Shown here piece after piece: positions 1 through 11,186 of a stretch of DNA of 64,000 nt (its first letter is position 1; each line of letters opens with the position of its first letter). The position numbers and the translations under genes were made by a program. Source of the stretch: an uncultured Chloroflexia bacterium (GTDB lineage Bacteria > Chloroflexota > Limnocylindria > Limnocylindrales > CSP1-4); assembly GCA_963763775.1 (NCBI GenBank), contig CAVXPZ010000004.1:608001-672000 (forward strand), given 5' to 3'. The notes under the pieces were generated by a model, which ran no database searches, was not told where the DNA came from, and worked only from the letters and a program-made list of their open reading frames with translations.

Positions 1-379
1 GGACCGCGCCGCGATCGTGGGCATCGAGGAGCGCCCCGCCGACCAGGCTGCCGTCGAGGACGCGCAGCAGGTAGTCGGGCTTCCCGCCCGACAGGTAGAT
101 GAGGTCGGCCTCGCCGATCGCCTGCGCGTGGGCCGCGTCGTCGGCATCGTCGCGATCGCGGACGAGGACCGGCTCGACCTCGGCCCCCAGCTCCCCGAAG
201 TGCGCGACGCCCATCGAGGCCCAGCGGGCGAAGACGTCTTCGCCATCGGGATAGGACGCGGTCGGGACGATGGCGACGCGTGGGCGCGGACGACCGGTGG
301 CCGCGAGCAACTCGAGGTCGAAATCGGCCATCCCAGGGAGGAATTCACCGGCGCCCACGAGCGCCACAGGTCCGGGCAC
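1..379 (-). CDS. Peptidase S51/cyanophycinase-like protein (3' end runs off the window)
   Basis: Manual translation from GTG 379: MPGPVALVGAGEFLPGMADFD...VAIVPTASYPDG...ADLIYLSGGKPDYL. Confidence 0.75.
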   Translation of the reverse strand, partial: MPGPVALVGAGEFLPGMADFDLELLAATGRPRPRVAIVPTASYPDGEDVFARWASMGVAHFGELGAEVEPVLVRDRDDADDAAHAQAIGEADLIYLSGGKPDYLLRVLDGSLVGGALLDAHDRGAV

Positions 380-453
380 GCGCAGAGTCTAGTCGCGGTG
401 CCCGAGATCGCGCCGCGGCGTGTCCCGGGCGTCGCGTGCCACACTGACCGGCG

Positions 454-2053
454 ATGACCAGCCGACAGCGATGGACCCTCGTCGCGACCATCATCGGTTC
501 GGGTGTCGTCTTCCTCGACGGGACCATCGTCAACGTCGCCCTCAAGAGCATCGGGCAGCAGCTGCCGGCCACGGCGATGTCGCCGTTCGAGGGCCAGACG
601 TACATCGTCAGCGGCTATCTCGCGGTCCTCGCGGCCCTGCTGATCCTGTCGGGCGCCCTGTCCGACCACTACGGCCGGCGACGCATGTACGTGATCGGCC
701 TCACCGGGTTCGCCGGGACGTCGGCCCTGTGCGGCCTGGCGCCGACCCTCGAGTGGCTGGTGGTCTTCCGGCTCCTCCAGGGCGCGACCGGCGCGCTGCT
801 CGTGCCCGGGTCCCTGTCGCTGATCACCCACGCCTTCGACGGCGCCTCGCGGGCCCGGGCGTTCGGCGTCTGGGCGTCCGCCACGTCGGCGCTCACGCTC
901 CTGGGGCCGATCGTCGGCGGGACCATCGTCGACACGATCGGCTGGCGGTTCGCGTTCCTGCTCAACATCCCGTTCATCATCGCGGCCCTCTGGGCGACGA
1001 TCCGGCACGTCGCCGAGTCGCGCGACGAGGAGGCCGAGGGGCGGTTCGACTGGCTCGGGGCCCTGGTCGCCGCCCTCGCGATCGGCGGGCTGTCCTTCGG
1101 CCTCATCCGCGGCGAGCAGCAGCGATGGTCCGACGCGCTGGCGTGGATCGCGATCGCCGTCGGCGTCGTGGCGCTCATCGCGTTCCCGATCCTCATGGCG
1201 ACCCGATCCCATCCCCTCGTCCCGCTCGGGTTGTTCCGGTCGCGCGCCTTCGCGACGATCAACCTCGCGACGTTCTTCATCTACGGCGCGCTCTACGGGA
1301 ACCTCATCTTCCAGGGCCTGCTGCTCCAGGGCGTGCTCGGGTACACGGCCATGGCCGCGGGCGCCATCGGCGTGCCGGCGGGGATCCTGCTCACGGTGTT
1401 GTCGGCGCGTGTGGGCACGATCGCCGGCCGTCGCGGGCCGCGCGGCTTCCTGCTCGCGGGCCCGATGCTGATGGCGATGGGCACGCTCTGGTGGGCGAGG
1501 ATCCCGACCCACTCGGTGCCGTGGCAGGCCGCGATCGCCGCGCCGTCCACGCTGATCCCGCCGGCCGACCTCTTCATCGACGTCCTGCCGGCCGTGCTGC
1601 TCAACGGCCTCGGGATCTCGCTCGTCGTCGCGCCGCTCACGAGCACGCTGATGGGCTCGATCCCGGGCCGGTTCTCCGGGTCTTGGCTCGGCGATCAACA
1701 ACTCGATCTCGCGCGTCGGGCAGCCGCTCCTCGGGGCGCTGATCTTCGTCGCGATGAGCGCGGTCTACTACGCCTCGCTCGGCGCCGCCGCGCCGGGCCT
1801 CGACACGGACTCGGCGGCCGTCCGGACCGCCTACTCGCCGCTGAACCCTGCCCCGGTCGGCGCGACGCCGATGGAGGCGGTCGCGTCCAACGAGGCCTCG
1901 ATCGCCGCCTTCCACCTCGCGATGCTCGTGACCGCGAGCCTGCTGATCGCCGGCGGCCTGATCTCGTGGTTCGGGCTCCGCGAACGACGCCGTCCGGTCG
2001 GCGCGGAGAGCAGCGCCATCGCCGCGACCGGCGAACCGGCCGCGCTGGGCTGA
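454..2053 (+). CDS. MFS transporter, DHA2/EmrB-QacA type (frameshift near 1685)
   Basis: FLDGTIVNVAL and GALSDHYGRRR motifs, many TM helices; C-terminus continues in ORF 1754..2053. Confidence 0.85.
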
Positions 2054-2060
2054 CGCCTCG

Positions 2061-2609
2061 TCAGTCGCGGACCCGGAAGGGCTCGCCGTGGCCGGGGATG
2101 ACGATGTCGACGGCGGCCAGCACCCGCGCCCGGCCGGCCTCGATGGCCGCCTGGTCCGACCCCAGCGGGTCGATCTCGGGCGTCCGGTCCGCGTGCCACC
2201 AGAGGTGCGTGAGGGCGTACGTCGCGTCGTCGGCGCGGACGATCAGCGTCGCGTCCTCCTCGGTGTGCCCGGGCGTGAGCCAGAGCTCGGTGTTCGGGGA
2301 GAGGTGGTAGCCGTCGCCGTCGTGGTCGAGCCACAGGTCGTCGCGATAGCGGGCCCAGAAGTCCACGACCTCGGCGTTGGGGAACAGCGCGATGTTGATC
2401 GTGTGATCCGGGTGGTGGTGGCTCAGGAAGACGTGGGTCACCGCCTCGGGCGCGACGCCGAGGGCCGCGAGCGGGTCGAGGATGCGCGCCCGGTTGGCAA
2501 CCATGCCCGGGTCGGCGACGATGAGGGCGTCACCGTCCTTGATCAGGGAGACGCTGCTGCCCACGCGGTCGTGGGCGTAGCCGGCCTGGAGCAGATGCAG
2601 GGTCGTCAT
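2061..2609 (-). CDS. MBL-fold metallo-hydrolase
   Basis: SHHHPDH, TPGHT and IPGHG motifs; ATG at 2609. Confidence 0.85.
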   Translation of the reverse strand: MTTLHLLQAGYAHDRVGSSVSLIKDGDALIVADPGMVANRARILDPLAALGVAPEAVTHVFLSHHHPDHTINIALFPNAEVVDFWARYRDDLWLDHDGDGYHLSPNTELWLTPGHTEEDATLIVRADDATYALTHLWWHADRTPEIDPLGSDQAAIEAGRARVLAAVDIVIPGHGEPFRVRD

Positions 2610-2712
2610 GGCCGGTGATGCTACCCCGTCGCACGGGGCGGGATTCCCCGGGCCCGACCAGCGGGCCGATGCGAGACTCCAGCCGCCCGACCACCACCTC
2701 CGGAGGAGCCGA

Positions 2713-4369
2713 ATGACCCTCGACGCCCATGCCGACCTGGTCCTGACCGGTGGCCGGGTGGCCACGATGGACGCCGCCCGCAGCTGGGCCAGCGCGATCG
2801 CGGTCCGCGACGGTCGGATCGTCGCCGTCGGATCGGACACGGCCGTCCGGCTGGCGATCGGGGCTCGCACGCGGGTGATCCAGTTGCGCGGGCGGACGGT
2901 CACCCCCGGGTTCCAGGACGCCCACGTCCATCCCGGTCGGCGGGGGTCTCGAGATGCTTCGCGTCGACCTCAACGGCCACGTCGTCAAGTCCGACTACCC
3001 GCCGATCATCGCGGCCTACGCGTCGACCCACCCGGACGCGGCGTGGATCCTCGGCGGCGGGTGGTACATGGCCGCGTTCGAGCACGGGGCGCCGCGCCGC
3101 GAGGACCTCGACGCCATCGTGTCCGACCGGCCGGCGTTCATCAGCAGCCGCGACGGCCACAGTGCGTGGGTCAACTCGAAGGCGCTGGCACTCGCCGGTG
3201 TCACCGCGGAGACCGCCGATCCGGGCGACGGCCGGATCGAGCGCGACCCCGACGGCTCGCCCAGCGGCACGCTCCATGAAGGGGCGATGGACCTCGTCGG
3301 TCGACACGTCCCGGAGGACTCGCCATCGGAGCTCATCGAAGGCCTGCGCCTCGGGCAGCGCTATCTGCACAGCCTCGGCATCACCGCCTGGCAGGACGCC
3401 ATCGTGGGAAAGGACGAGGAGGAGCTCGCCTACGTCGCGCTGGCCTCGAACGGCGAGCTGACGGGCCGCGTCATCGGCGCCCTCTGGTGGGAGCACGACC
3501 GCGGCGCCGAGCAGATCGAGGAGTTCGTGGAGCGCCGCCGATCCACGGCCGTGGGGCGCTACGCGCCGACGAGCGTGAAGCTGATGATGGACGGCGTCCT
3601 CGAGAACTTCACGGGCTCGATGCTGGACCCGTATCTCGACGAGCACGGGCAGCCGACGGAGAACCGGGGCCTGCGCCAGATCGACCCCGAGGGCTTGCGG
3701 ACGTGGGTGCCGCGCCTCGATGCCCTCGGGTTCCAGCCGCACTTCCACGCCATCGGCGACCGCGCGGTGCGCGACTCCCTCGACGCGGTGGCGGCCGCAC
3801 GCGAGGCGAACGGCCTGTCGGACACCCGGCCGCACATCGCGCACATCCAGGTGATCCACCCCGACGACATCCCGCGGTTCCGACAGCTCGGCGTCGCGGC
3901 CAACGCCCAGCCGCTGTGGGCAGCCCGCGAAGACCAGATGGACGTGCTGACGATCCCATTCCTGGGCGAGCCGCGCTGGCGCTGGCAGTACCCGTTCCGC
4001 TCGCTCCGAGCGGCCGGCGCGGTGCTGGCGATGGGGTCGGACTGGAGCGTCTCGAGCGCGAACCCCCTGCTCGAGATGGAGATCGCCGTCGAGCGGGTCT
4101 ACCGCGAACCCGCGGGTGATCGCGGCGTGTTCCTCCCCGAGGAGCGCATCGAGCTCATCGACGCGCTCGCCGCATTCACCTCCGGCTCGGCGTACGTGAA
4201 TCACCTCGACGCGGTCACGGGCACGATCGAGGTGGGCAAGGATGCCGACCTGGCCGTGCTGGATCGCGACCTGTTCGACCGCGGGGCGGGGGCCATCGGC
4301 GAGGCCCGGGTCGTCGGCACCTTCGTCGAGGGTCAGGCCGTGTACGAGGATCCCGCGCTCGAGGCGTGA
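2713..4369 (+). CDS. Amidohydrolase 3 (YtcJ-like) (frameshift near 2940)
   Basis: PGFQDAHVH, DGHSAWVNS, HAIGDRA and GSDW motifs. Confidence 0.85.
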
Positions 4370-4460
4370 GGCGGGCGCCGTCGCGAAGCCGCGCCGGCAT
4401 GGACACATGACGATGTCGAAATGAGGGCGGACGTCCGTGTCCGCTCGCGCGCCACGGGGC

Positions 4461-4507
4461 GATGCTCTCCCTGCACCCGATGAGATGGGTGACAGAAAGG
4501 AGAGATC
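4461..4507 (+). promoter_or_regulatory. Leader hairpin that sequesters the Shine-Dalgarno of the small ORF at 4514
   Basis: gatgctctcc-ctg-caccc pairs with gggtg-cag-ggagagatc; the 3' arm contains AAAGGAGAG. Confidence 0.5.
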
Positions 4508-4513
4508 GAACCA

Positions 4514-4723
4514 ATGAACGCCTACGCGATCTTCGCCGTCAACGAGCACCTGGAGTTCCTCCTCGCCGACGCCGCCCGCAACCGCGCCAACCACGTGGCC
4601 AAGCCCAGCGTCCGAGTCCGGATCGCCAAGGCGGTCGACAAGGTTCGCCTCAGCGTCGCGACATCGACGTACGAGACGAGCTCGATCCTCCCGAAGCTCG
4701 ACGACTATCCCTACCGGGGCTGA
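4514..4723 (+). CDS. Small hypothetical protein (69 aa)
   Basis: Strong SD (aaaggagag), GC3-rich codons, followed by a terminator hairpin. Confidence 0.75.
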   Translation: MNAYAIFAVNEHLEFLLADAARNRANHVAKPSVRVRIAKAVDKVRLSVATSTYETSSILPKLDDYPYRG

Positions 4724-4759
4724 GCCTCCTCCCTCCGCCCCGACCCTCCTCCCTCCGAT

Positions 4760-4799
4760 ACACGAAGACCTCCGCTTCCCCCGGCGGAGGTCTTCGTGT
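4760..4799. terminator. Perfect 16-bp inverted repeat between convergent genes
   Basis: acacgaagacctccgc / gcggaggtcttcgtgt. Confidence 0.75.
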
Positions 4800-4837
4800 G
4801 CCCGCCGCACCGGCATGACGCACGCCCAGGCCCGCAC

Positions 4838-5414
4838 CTAGGCGAGGTCGGCGGGCTCGTCGATGTCGCGGAGCGTCCCGCCGTCCGGGTCGTCCTCCCG
4901 CCAGACTTCCTCCGGGATCGCCACGAGCGAGAGCGCCATCGGCAACGCCCGAAGCCGACGTTCCCCCGCCGCGAGCAGGGCCTCGGCGGCGGCCGACGCG
5001 GCGGCGCGGCGCACGGCCAGCGGCAGCGGGCGGAGGTCCCCGCCAGCCTCCAGCAGCGCGGCGTCTGCCTTGGCAAGCCCGTCGACGAGGCGCTGCAGGA
5101 CGGCCGGTGCCATCGATGGCATGTCGCCGCCGACGACGATGACGACATCCGCGTCGGTCGCCGCGAGACCTGCGGCGACCCCGGCCAGCGGGCCTTCGAA
5201 CGGCCTCGAGTCGTGGACGAGCCGGGCGCCGGCCGGGAGGTCCCGATCCACACCCGGCGGCACGACGACGACGATGTCGTCCGCGAGGCCGGTGACCGCA
5301 TCGATCGCGCGCTCGAGCATCGGCCGGCCATCGATCGGCTCGGCCAGCTTGTCGCGGCCGAACCGCGACGACCGGCCGCCCGCGAGGACGATGGCCGCCG
5401 ACCCGGTCGGTCAC
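4838..5414 (-). CDS. mobA: Molybdenum cofactor guanylyltransferase (frameshift near the N-terminus)
   Basis: IVLAGGRSSRFGRDK, GPLAG, GGDMP and DIDEPAD motifs. Confidence 0.85.
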
Positions 5415-7229
5415 GGCGGCGCTGACCCGGTCCGGCGCCCTCGGTCCGGGGACGTGCCCGTCGGGGGTCCGGCGGAGGACGCCGCGGCGGTCGAGGTCCT
5501 CGAGGATCGCCATCACGTACTTCCGGCTCGTGCCGGTCGCGTCGCGGTACGCCGCGGGGGTGAGCGGCGCCTGGCGCGCCATCTCGAGCGCCCGATCGGT
5601 GAGGTCGCGGTACGTCGTTCCCGCATAGGCGAGGTCCGGCTCGAGGACCACGATGCGACCGGACCGCTCGAGGGCGCGGACGGCGTCCGGCGGGCAGCCG
5701 CTGGCCCGAGCGGCCTCCGCGAGTCTCGGCGGCGACGGGACGGCCAGGGCGGCCTCCAGCCGGTCCATCGCCGCGAGCAGGCCCGGGTCCGGCGCCGCCG
5801 CGGCGACGCCCGCCGGGCGCAGGCGGTCGCCGTCCCGGACCAGCGTCCCCGCGGTGACGAGGCCGTCGATCACGGCCGTCGCGGCGGTGCCGGCTTCGTC
5901 GCGCGTGCTCGTAGCCGACCGGCGGATCGAACGGACCACCACCGGACGGAGCGAGGCCAGCGTCACGTCGCCCGTGACGTGCTCGGTGGCGGCCTGGGCC
6001 GCCGACGCCTCGACGTCGGGCGCGAGCCGGAGCTGGCGGTCCACCAGGCGCAGGCCGTGGAGCTCCAACGTCGCGGACGCCACCGCGTCGCGATCGCCGC
6101 GCGCCAGGGCGGCCGCCAGGACCTCGACCCTCGCCGACGTCTGGCGACGGCGCGACACGCCGCGAGCCGGCTGCGGATCGAGCACGATCCCGCCGACGAC
6201 CGGGTCTGCGCCGCTCGACCGGCGAAGGACGAACCGGTCGCCCGCAGCCGCGGCGATGGGCTCTGCCAGGCGCAGGATCGCGGCGGCCGAGGCGTCGGCG
6301 AGGTCGATCGCGTCACGGCCACTGCGGCCCACGGCCGCGTCGACGGCTGCCGTCCCGAGGTGGAGCCGGGCGCGCGCCCGGTCGGCCATCGGTCGGGCGA
6401 GCCGCACGAGGAGGCGCGACGTCTCGACGACCGCCGGGTCGGTCGTGAGCACGACGCCGCGGTGCAGGCGCTCGAGCTCGGTGCCCGCGACGTTGAGGGC
6501 CGTCCGCCCCTCCGGGGCGGTGTCGACGGAACCTCCGTGCACCTGGATCTCGCGGATCCGGACGGACCCGTCGTCAGGGACCACCCGAAGCGCCTCGCCC
6601 CCCGACAGCGGTCCGCCTCGGAGCGATCCGGTCACCACCACTCCACGGCCTTTGACGTGGAACACGCGGTCGATCGCCAGTCGGGGCCCGCGGGCGACAC
6701 CAGGCGATCCGCGGCGTTCGACCCGGTCCCGGACGTCGCGCAACGCGAACCGGAGCTCGCCCAGACCCACGCCGGTCACCGATGAAGCCGGGATCACCGG
6801 GGCGCCGGCCAGCGATGAGCCGGCGACGAGCCGCCCGACCTCGGCGACGACCTCGTCCACACGACCGGGGTCGACGGCATCGATCTTGGTGACGACGATG
6901 ATCCCGGGCTCGACCCCGAGCGCGTCGAGGAGCGCGAGGTGCTCCCGGGTCTGCGCCCGGACCCCGTCGTCGGCCGCGACGACCAGGAGCGCGGCGTCGA
7001 TCTCGCCCGCTCCGACGAGCATGTTGCCGACCAGTCGGTCGTGCCCGGGAACGTCGACGAAGTCGAGCTCGGTGCCATCGTCGAAGGCGAGGTGCGCGTA
7101 CCCGACGTCGATCGTCATCCCGCGTCGCCGCTCTTCCGGAAGCCGGTCGGCGTCGATGCCGGTCAGGGCACGCAGGAGGGTCGTCTTGCCGTGGTCGATG
7201 TGCCCGGCCGTGCCGACGACGACGGTCAT
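5411..7229 (-). CDS. selB: Selenocysteine-specific elongation factor (3' boundary uncertain)
   Basis: GTAGHIDHGKT, RGMTIDVGYA, DVPGH and TKID motifs; C-terminal winged helix TGTSRKYVMAILEDLD. Confidence 0.95.
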
Positions 7230-8596
7230 GCGCGGGCGGCGAGGGCCCGCTCGACCGCACCGGCCAGCGCGGCGTCCTCGTCCGGATCGACGGTCCGCAG
7301 ATCGAGCACGACCCGGTCGTCGACGATGTGCCCGATGACGATCGGCGTTCCGAGCCGGAGGGCGGCCAGGAGCCGTGTCGCGGAGCGGGCGGAGAGGCCC
7401 AGCCCCCAGGACGGCAGTGTCTCGCCGGGCAGCGACCCGCCGCCGATCGTCGAGACACAGGCGATGGCCCCGCAGCGATCCGCCGGCACGGCGAGCCTCG
7501 CCACCATCGCCTCGGCGCGCTCGCGCACCTGCGCCTCCGTGGTGCTGATCATCCGCCAGACCGGGATGTCCGTCGTCGCCCGCCCGGCCCGGTACGACCC
7601 GAGCGTGAGCGCGACCGCGGCCATCGTGACCTTGTCCGGCCGCATGGCCCGGGCGAACGGGTCGCGGCGGATCCTCGTGATGAGGTCGGCGCGACCCACG
7701 ATGAAGCCGGCCTGGGGTCCCCCGACGAGCTTGTCGCCGCTGAACGTCACGATGTCAGCGCCAGCGGCGAGCCGCTCGCTCGGGAGCGGCTCGTGCGCCA
7801 GACCGAATGCCGCCGTGTCGAGGAGCGCGCCGCTGCCCAGGTCGTCGATGACGATCGCCCCGTACCGGTGGGCGATCTCCGCGACCGCCACGGGATCGGG
7901 CGTCTCGGTGAAGCCGGCCATCGTGAAGTTCGACGGGTGGACGCGCAGGACCACCGAGGCGCGCCGCTCGGCGAGCGGCGCCTCGAAGTCACCGGCGCTC
8001 GTCCGATTCGTCGTGCCGACCTCGATGAGCTTCGCGCCCGCCCGGCGGATGATGTCCGGGATCCGAACGCCCCCACCGATCTCGACCAGTTCGCCGCGGG
8101 ACACGACGATCGCGCCGGCACGCCCGGCGAGGCCGACGGCGAGGGCCAACGCGGCCGCGTTGTTGTTGGTGACGATCGCGTCCTCGGCACCGGTCAGGGC
8201 CACGAGGTGGTCCTCCGCGATCCGGGCCCGGGGCCCTCGCCGGCCGGATGTGCGATCGAGCTCAAGGAGCAGATAGTCGGTCGCGATGGCGGCGGCACCG
8301 GCCGCAGCGCCATCGGGCCATGGTGCCCGCCCCAGGTTCGTGTGGATGATCACGCCGGTCGCGTTGATGACGGGTCGGACACCGGCGCTGGCGAAGCCGT
8401 CCAGACGCGACCGGGCATCGTCGGCGAGCTCGGCGATCCCGCGCGGCGCCGCGTGCTCGGCCAGCCGGGCGCGCTCATCGGCGATGACCGCCCGGACGAT
8501 CGCGACCAACGCGGCGTCGTCCGTCGCCGGCGCGTCAGCTCGCACGACGGCCAGCACGCGCTCGACGCTCGGTGGCCGCGGGGGCGTGGCGGTCAC
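7226..8596 (-). CDS. selA: L-seryl-tRNA(Sec) selenium transferase
   Basis: VINATGVIIHTNLGRAP, SRGELVEIGG and FSGDKLVGGPQAG motifs; GTG at 8596 overlaps the upstream stop. Confidence 0.95.
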   Translation of the reverse strand: MTATPPRPPSVERVLAVVRADAPATDDAALVAIVRAVIADERARLAEHAAPRGIAELADDARSRLDGFASAGVRPVINATGVIIHTNLGRAPWPDGAAAGAAAIATDYLLLELDRTSGRRGPRARIAEDHLVALTGAEDAIVTNNNAAALALAVGLAGRAGAIVVSRGELVEIGGGVRIPDIIRRAGAKLIEVGTTNRTSAGDFEAPLAERRASVVLRVHPSNFTMAGFTETPDPVAVAEIAHRYGAIVIDDLGSGALLDTAAFGLAHEPLPSERLAAGADIVTFSGDKLVGGPQAGFIVGRADLITRIRRDPFARAMRPDKVTMAAVALTLGSYRAGRATTDIPVWRMISTTEAQVRERAEAMVARLAVPADRCGAIACVSTIGGGSLPGETLPSWGLGLSARSATRLLAALRLGTPIVIGHIVDDRVVLDLRTVDPDEDAALAGAVERALAARA

Positions 8597-9204
8597 CGGT
8601 GCCCGCCGTCCACGGCCGGGCTCGTCGCGATCATGTCGATGACGTGCCAGTGCTTCGGGCCGGAGACGGCCTCGCCGTCCTCCTCGCGTTCGTCGAACCA
8701 GACCACGTCCAGGCCCGTCAGCAGGTCCGATGCCGCGTCGCGGTCGAGGAACGTCATCGTCGGATCGGTGTGCCAGGTGTCGTGCGGTCCGAACACGTTG
8801 ACCGCCACGAGCCCGTTCGGCCGCAGCGCCGCGAGGATGCTCGCCCAGGTGCGAGCGAAGGCCGTCGGGACCTGGAACGGCAGGCTGAAGCCCGCGTAGA
8901 TCAGGTCCGCCGGCGAGAGGTCCGCCGACTCGAGGGTCGCCGTGGCCAGGCGCAGCCGCGAGGCCGCGTCGGCAGGGACCCGATCGCGGATGATGCGGGC
9001 CGACGCCGGTTCGGCATCGACGGCGAGGACGTCCCAGCCGCGCTCGAGCAGCGCGAGGGTCTCGGTGCCGTCGCCCGCGCCAAGGTCGATCGCGGATCCC
9101 GGCGCCCGATCGCCCCAGACCGCCATCGCCCGGTCGAACAGCGGCCGCGTCGTCCGGCCCACCATCGCGGCGTAGAAGCGGTCCCAGTCCCGTCCGATCG
9201 CCAA
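8593..9204 (-). CDS. Class I SAM-dependent methyltransferase
   Basis: AIDLGAGDG motif I and VLAVD; TTG start with a caggag SD. Confidence 0.85.
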   Translation of the reverse strand: MAIGRDWDRFYAAMVGRTTRPLFDRAMAVWGDRAPGSAIDLGAGDGTETLALLERGWDVLAVDAEPASARIIRDRVPADAASRLRLATATLESADLSPADLIYAGFSLPFQVPTAFARTWASILAALRPNGLVAVNVFGPHDTWHTDPTMTFLDRDAASDLLTGLDVVWFDEREEDGEAVSGPKHWHVIDMIATSPAVDGGHR

Positions 9205-9225
9205 GGTCGTGCTTCTCCTGTGGGC

Positions 9226-9265
9226 TGGCGGGAGCGCGTGGGAGTCGAACCCACCGCGCCGCGCC
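9226..9265 (-). repeat. att-like duplicate of the last 40 nt of tRNA-Sec
   Basis: tggcgggagcgcgtgggagtcgaacccaccgcgccgcgcc is identical to 21693..21732. Confidence 0.95.
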
Positions 9266-9438
9266 CGTGGTCATTGACGTTCGTCGCGCGCCGCGTTGGA
9301 ACCTGACCGAACATACCCGACACAGGCCCGCCGGCCAAGACCCACAACAACGCCGACGACGTCTGCTTCAGCTGGCGCGTTGTCGTCGGCTGAGGCCATC
9401 ATCCGATCGACGACGCGAGACGATGAAGGAGCCACCCG

Positions 9439-10284
9439 ATGGAGACCGTCGCACTGAACAACGGGGTCGAGATGCCGATCCTCGGCTTCGGCGTCTTCCA
9501 GATCCCCGACGACCAGACCGAGCGGGCGGTCAGCGACGCCCTTGCGGCGGGCTACCGGTCGCTCGACACCGCGGCCGCGTACCGGAACGAAGCAGCCGTC
9601 GGACGAGCGGTCGCCAGCAGCGGCATCGCCCGCGAGGACCTGTTCATCACGACCAAGGTGTGGGTCCAGGACGCGGGTGAGGCGCACACCAGGCGGGCGT
9701 TCGACCGGTCCCTGCAGCGGCTCAGCCTGGACTTCGTCGACCTCTACCTGATCCACCAGCCGTTCGGCGACTACTACAGCGAGTGGCGGGCCATGCAGGA
9801 CCTCTACCGAGAGGGCCGCACTCGCGCCATCGGTGTCGCGAACTTCCACATGGACCGACTCGTCGACCTGATCGAGCAGAACGAGATCGTTCCCGCGATC
9901 AACCAGATCGAGACCCATCCGTTCTTCCAGCGAGCCGAGGACCACGAGTCCATGCGAGCTCGTGGGGTGCAGCACGAGGCTTGGGCCCAGTTCGCCGAGG
10001 GTCGCAACGATCTGTTCGCCGACCCGACCTTGAGCTCGATCGGGCAGGCGCACGGCAAGACGGTGGGTCAGGTGGTCCTTCGCTGGCTCGTCCAGCGCGG
10101 CATCGTCGTCATCCCGAAGTCGGTGCGGCCCGACCGGATGCGGGAGAACCTCGATGTCTTCGACTTCGACCTCACCGACGAGGAGATGGGGCGTGTGGCG
10201 ACACTGGACACGGGGTCGACGCTCTTCTTCGACCACCGCGACCCGAACCAGGCGAGCCGGCTCGGCACGATCCGCGTCGACTGA
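9439..10284 (+). CDS. Aldo/keto reductase (2,5-DKG reductase-like)
   Basis: [30 protein letters not shown] and IPKSV motifs. Confidence 0.92.
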   Translation: METVALNNGVEMPILGFGVFQIPDDQTERAVSDALAAGYRSLDTAAAYRNEAAVGRAVASSGIAREDLFITTKVWVQDAGEAHTRRAFDRSLQRLSLDFVDLYLIHQPFGDYYSEWRAMQDLYREGRTRAIGVANFHMDRLVDLIEQNEIVPAINQIETHPFFQRAEDHESMRARGVQHEAWAQFAEGRNDLFADPTLSSIGQAHGKTVGQVVLRWLVQRGIVVIPKSVRPDRMRENLDVFDFDLTDEEMGRVATLDTGSTLFFDHRDPNQASRLGTIRVD

Positions 10285-10331
10285 CTCCGGCCTCCGCGAA
10301 AGAGGTTGCCTAGTCGCTCCCGGCCGTGGGT

Positions 10332-10387
10332 TCGTCCGCCCTGGTGACGCCCGCGGAGGAGGCTGCGGGCGTCACCGGGATGGACGA
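10332..10387. terminator. Long inverted repeat between convergent genes
   Basis: tcgtccgccctggtgacgcccgc / gcgggcgtcaccgggatggacga. Confidence 0.6.
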
Positions 10388-10392
10388 CAAGG

Positions 10393-11182
10393 TCAACTGA
10401 TCGTGTCCCAGAAGTCCGCGACCACCGCGGCCGTGGCCTCAGGGCGATCCTCGTTCGGACAATGCCCGGCGTCAGGGATGACCGTGACCGGCGCTTCGAG
10501 CTCGCGGGCCATCTGGTCCTGCATCGCCAACGGCCACGCGTCGTCGTTCTCGCCGTAGACGACGTGGACGGGCAACCCCGTGGCGCGCACCTGCTCAACG
10601 ATGGATGGCTCGGTCAGCAGGTGCTGTGCGTGCGTGACGACCGAACGAGGGTCACTCATCGCCCATCGCCGTTTGAGCACCTCGTACCTGGCGCTCTTGC
10701 GAGCCTCCGCGTCGCGACTGGGGTCCCAGGCATCTTGCATCGACTGGGTGGAGAGGACGTCGATGATGTCGGTCAGGTCGGCCAACCCGAACCGGCCTTG
10801 CGGGCCGCTGCAGAAGAGCGTCAGTGACGCCCAGAGGTCGGGCACCATCACCGCGGCCCGCTGCGCGACCAGGCCCCCGAAGGAATGACCGAGCAGGTGC
10901 GGTCGCGCGAGGTCGAACCGTCAGCCAAGGCGATCGCGTCACGCGCCAGCGAGGCGATCGTGTACGCGTCTTCGCGTTGGCTATGTGCCGATTCGTGCTG
11001 ACCTCGGTTGTCGGCGACGACGACTCGATAGCCTCGCGCTGCCAGGAGCGGGCCGACTTCCGCGAAGTCCTCCTTGCTTCCCGTGTAGCCATGGATCAAG
11101 AGGGCGTCGCCGCGGTGCTGCGCGGGTGGTCGTAGAGCTCGACGGCCAACGGCTCCCCCTGGACCACCACGGATCTCGCCAT
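10393..11182 (-). CDS. Alpha/beta hydrolase (frameshifted)
   Basis: IHGYTGSKEDF, DNRGQHES, GHSFGG (split across frames), YGENDD and AGHCP motifs. Confidence 0.8.
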
Positions 11183-11186
11183 CGGA

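Noticed and set aside
9226-9265. A second tRNA gene
   Set aside because: Only the 3' 40 nt are present, with no anticodon or D arm, so it is an att remnant.
7226-9274. 682-aa extended SelA
   Set aside because: The upstream extension overlaps the methyltransferase and the att site; homology starts at GTG 8596.
9266-9438. Integrase remnant at the island end
   Set aside because: No tyrosine or serine recombinase motifs are recognisable in the translated frames.
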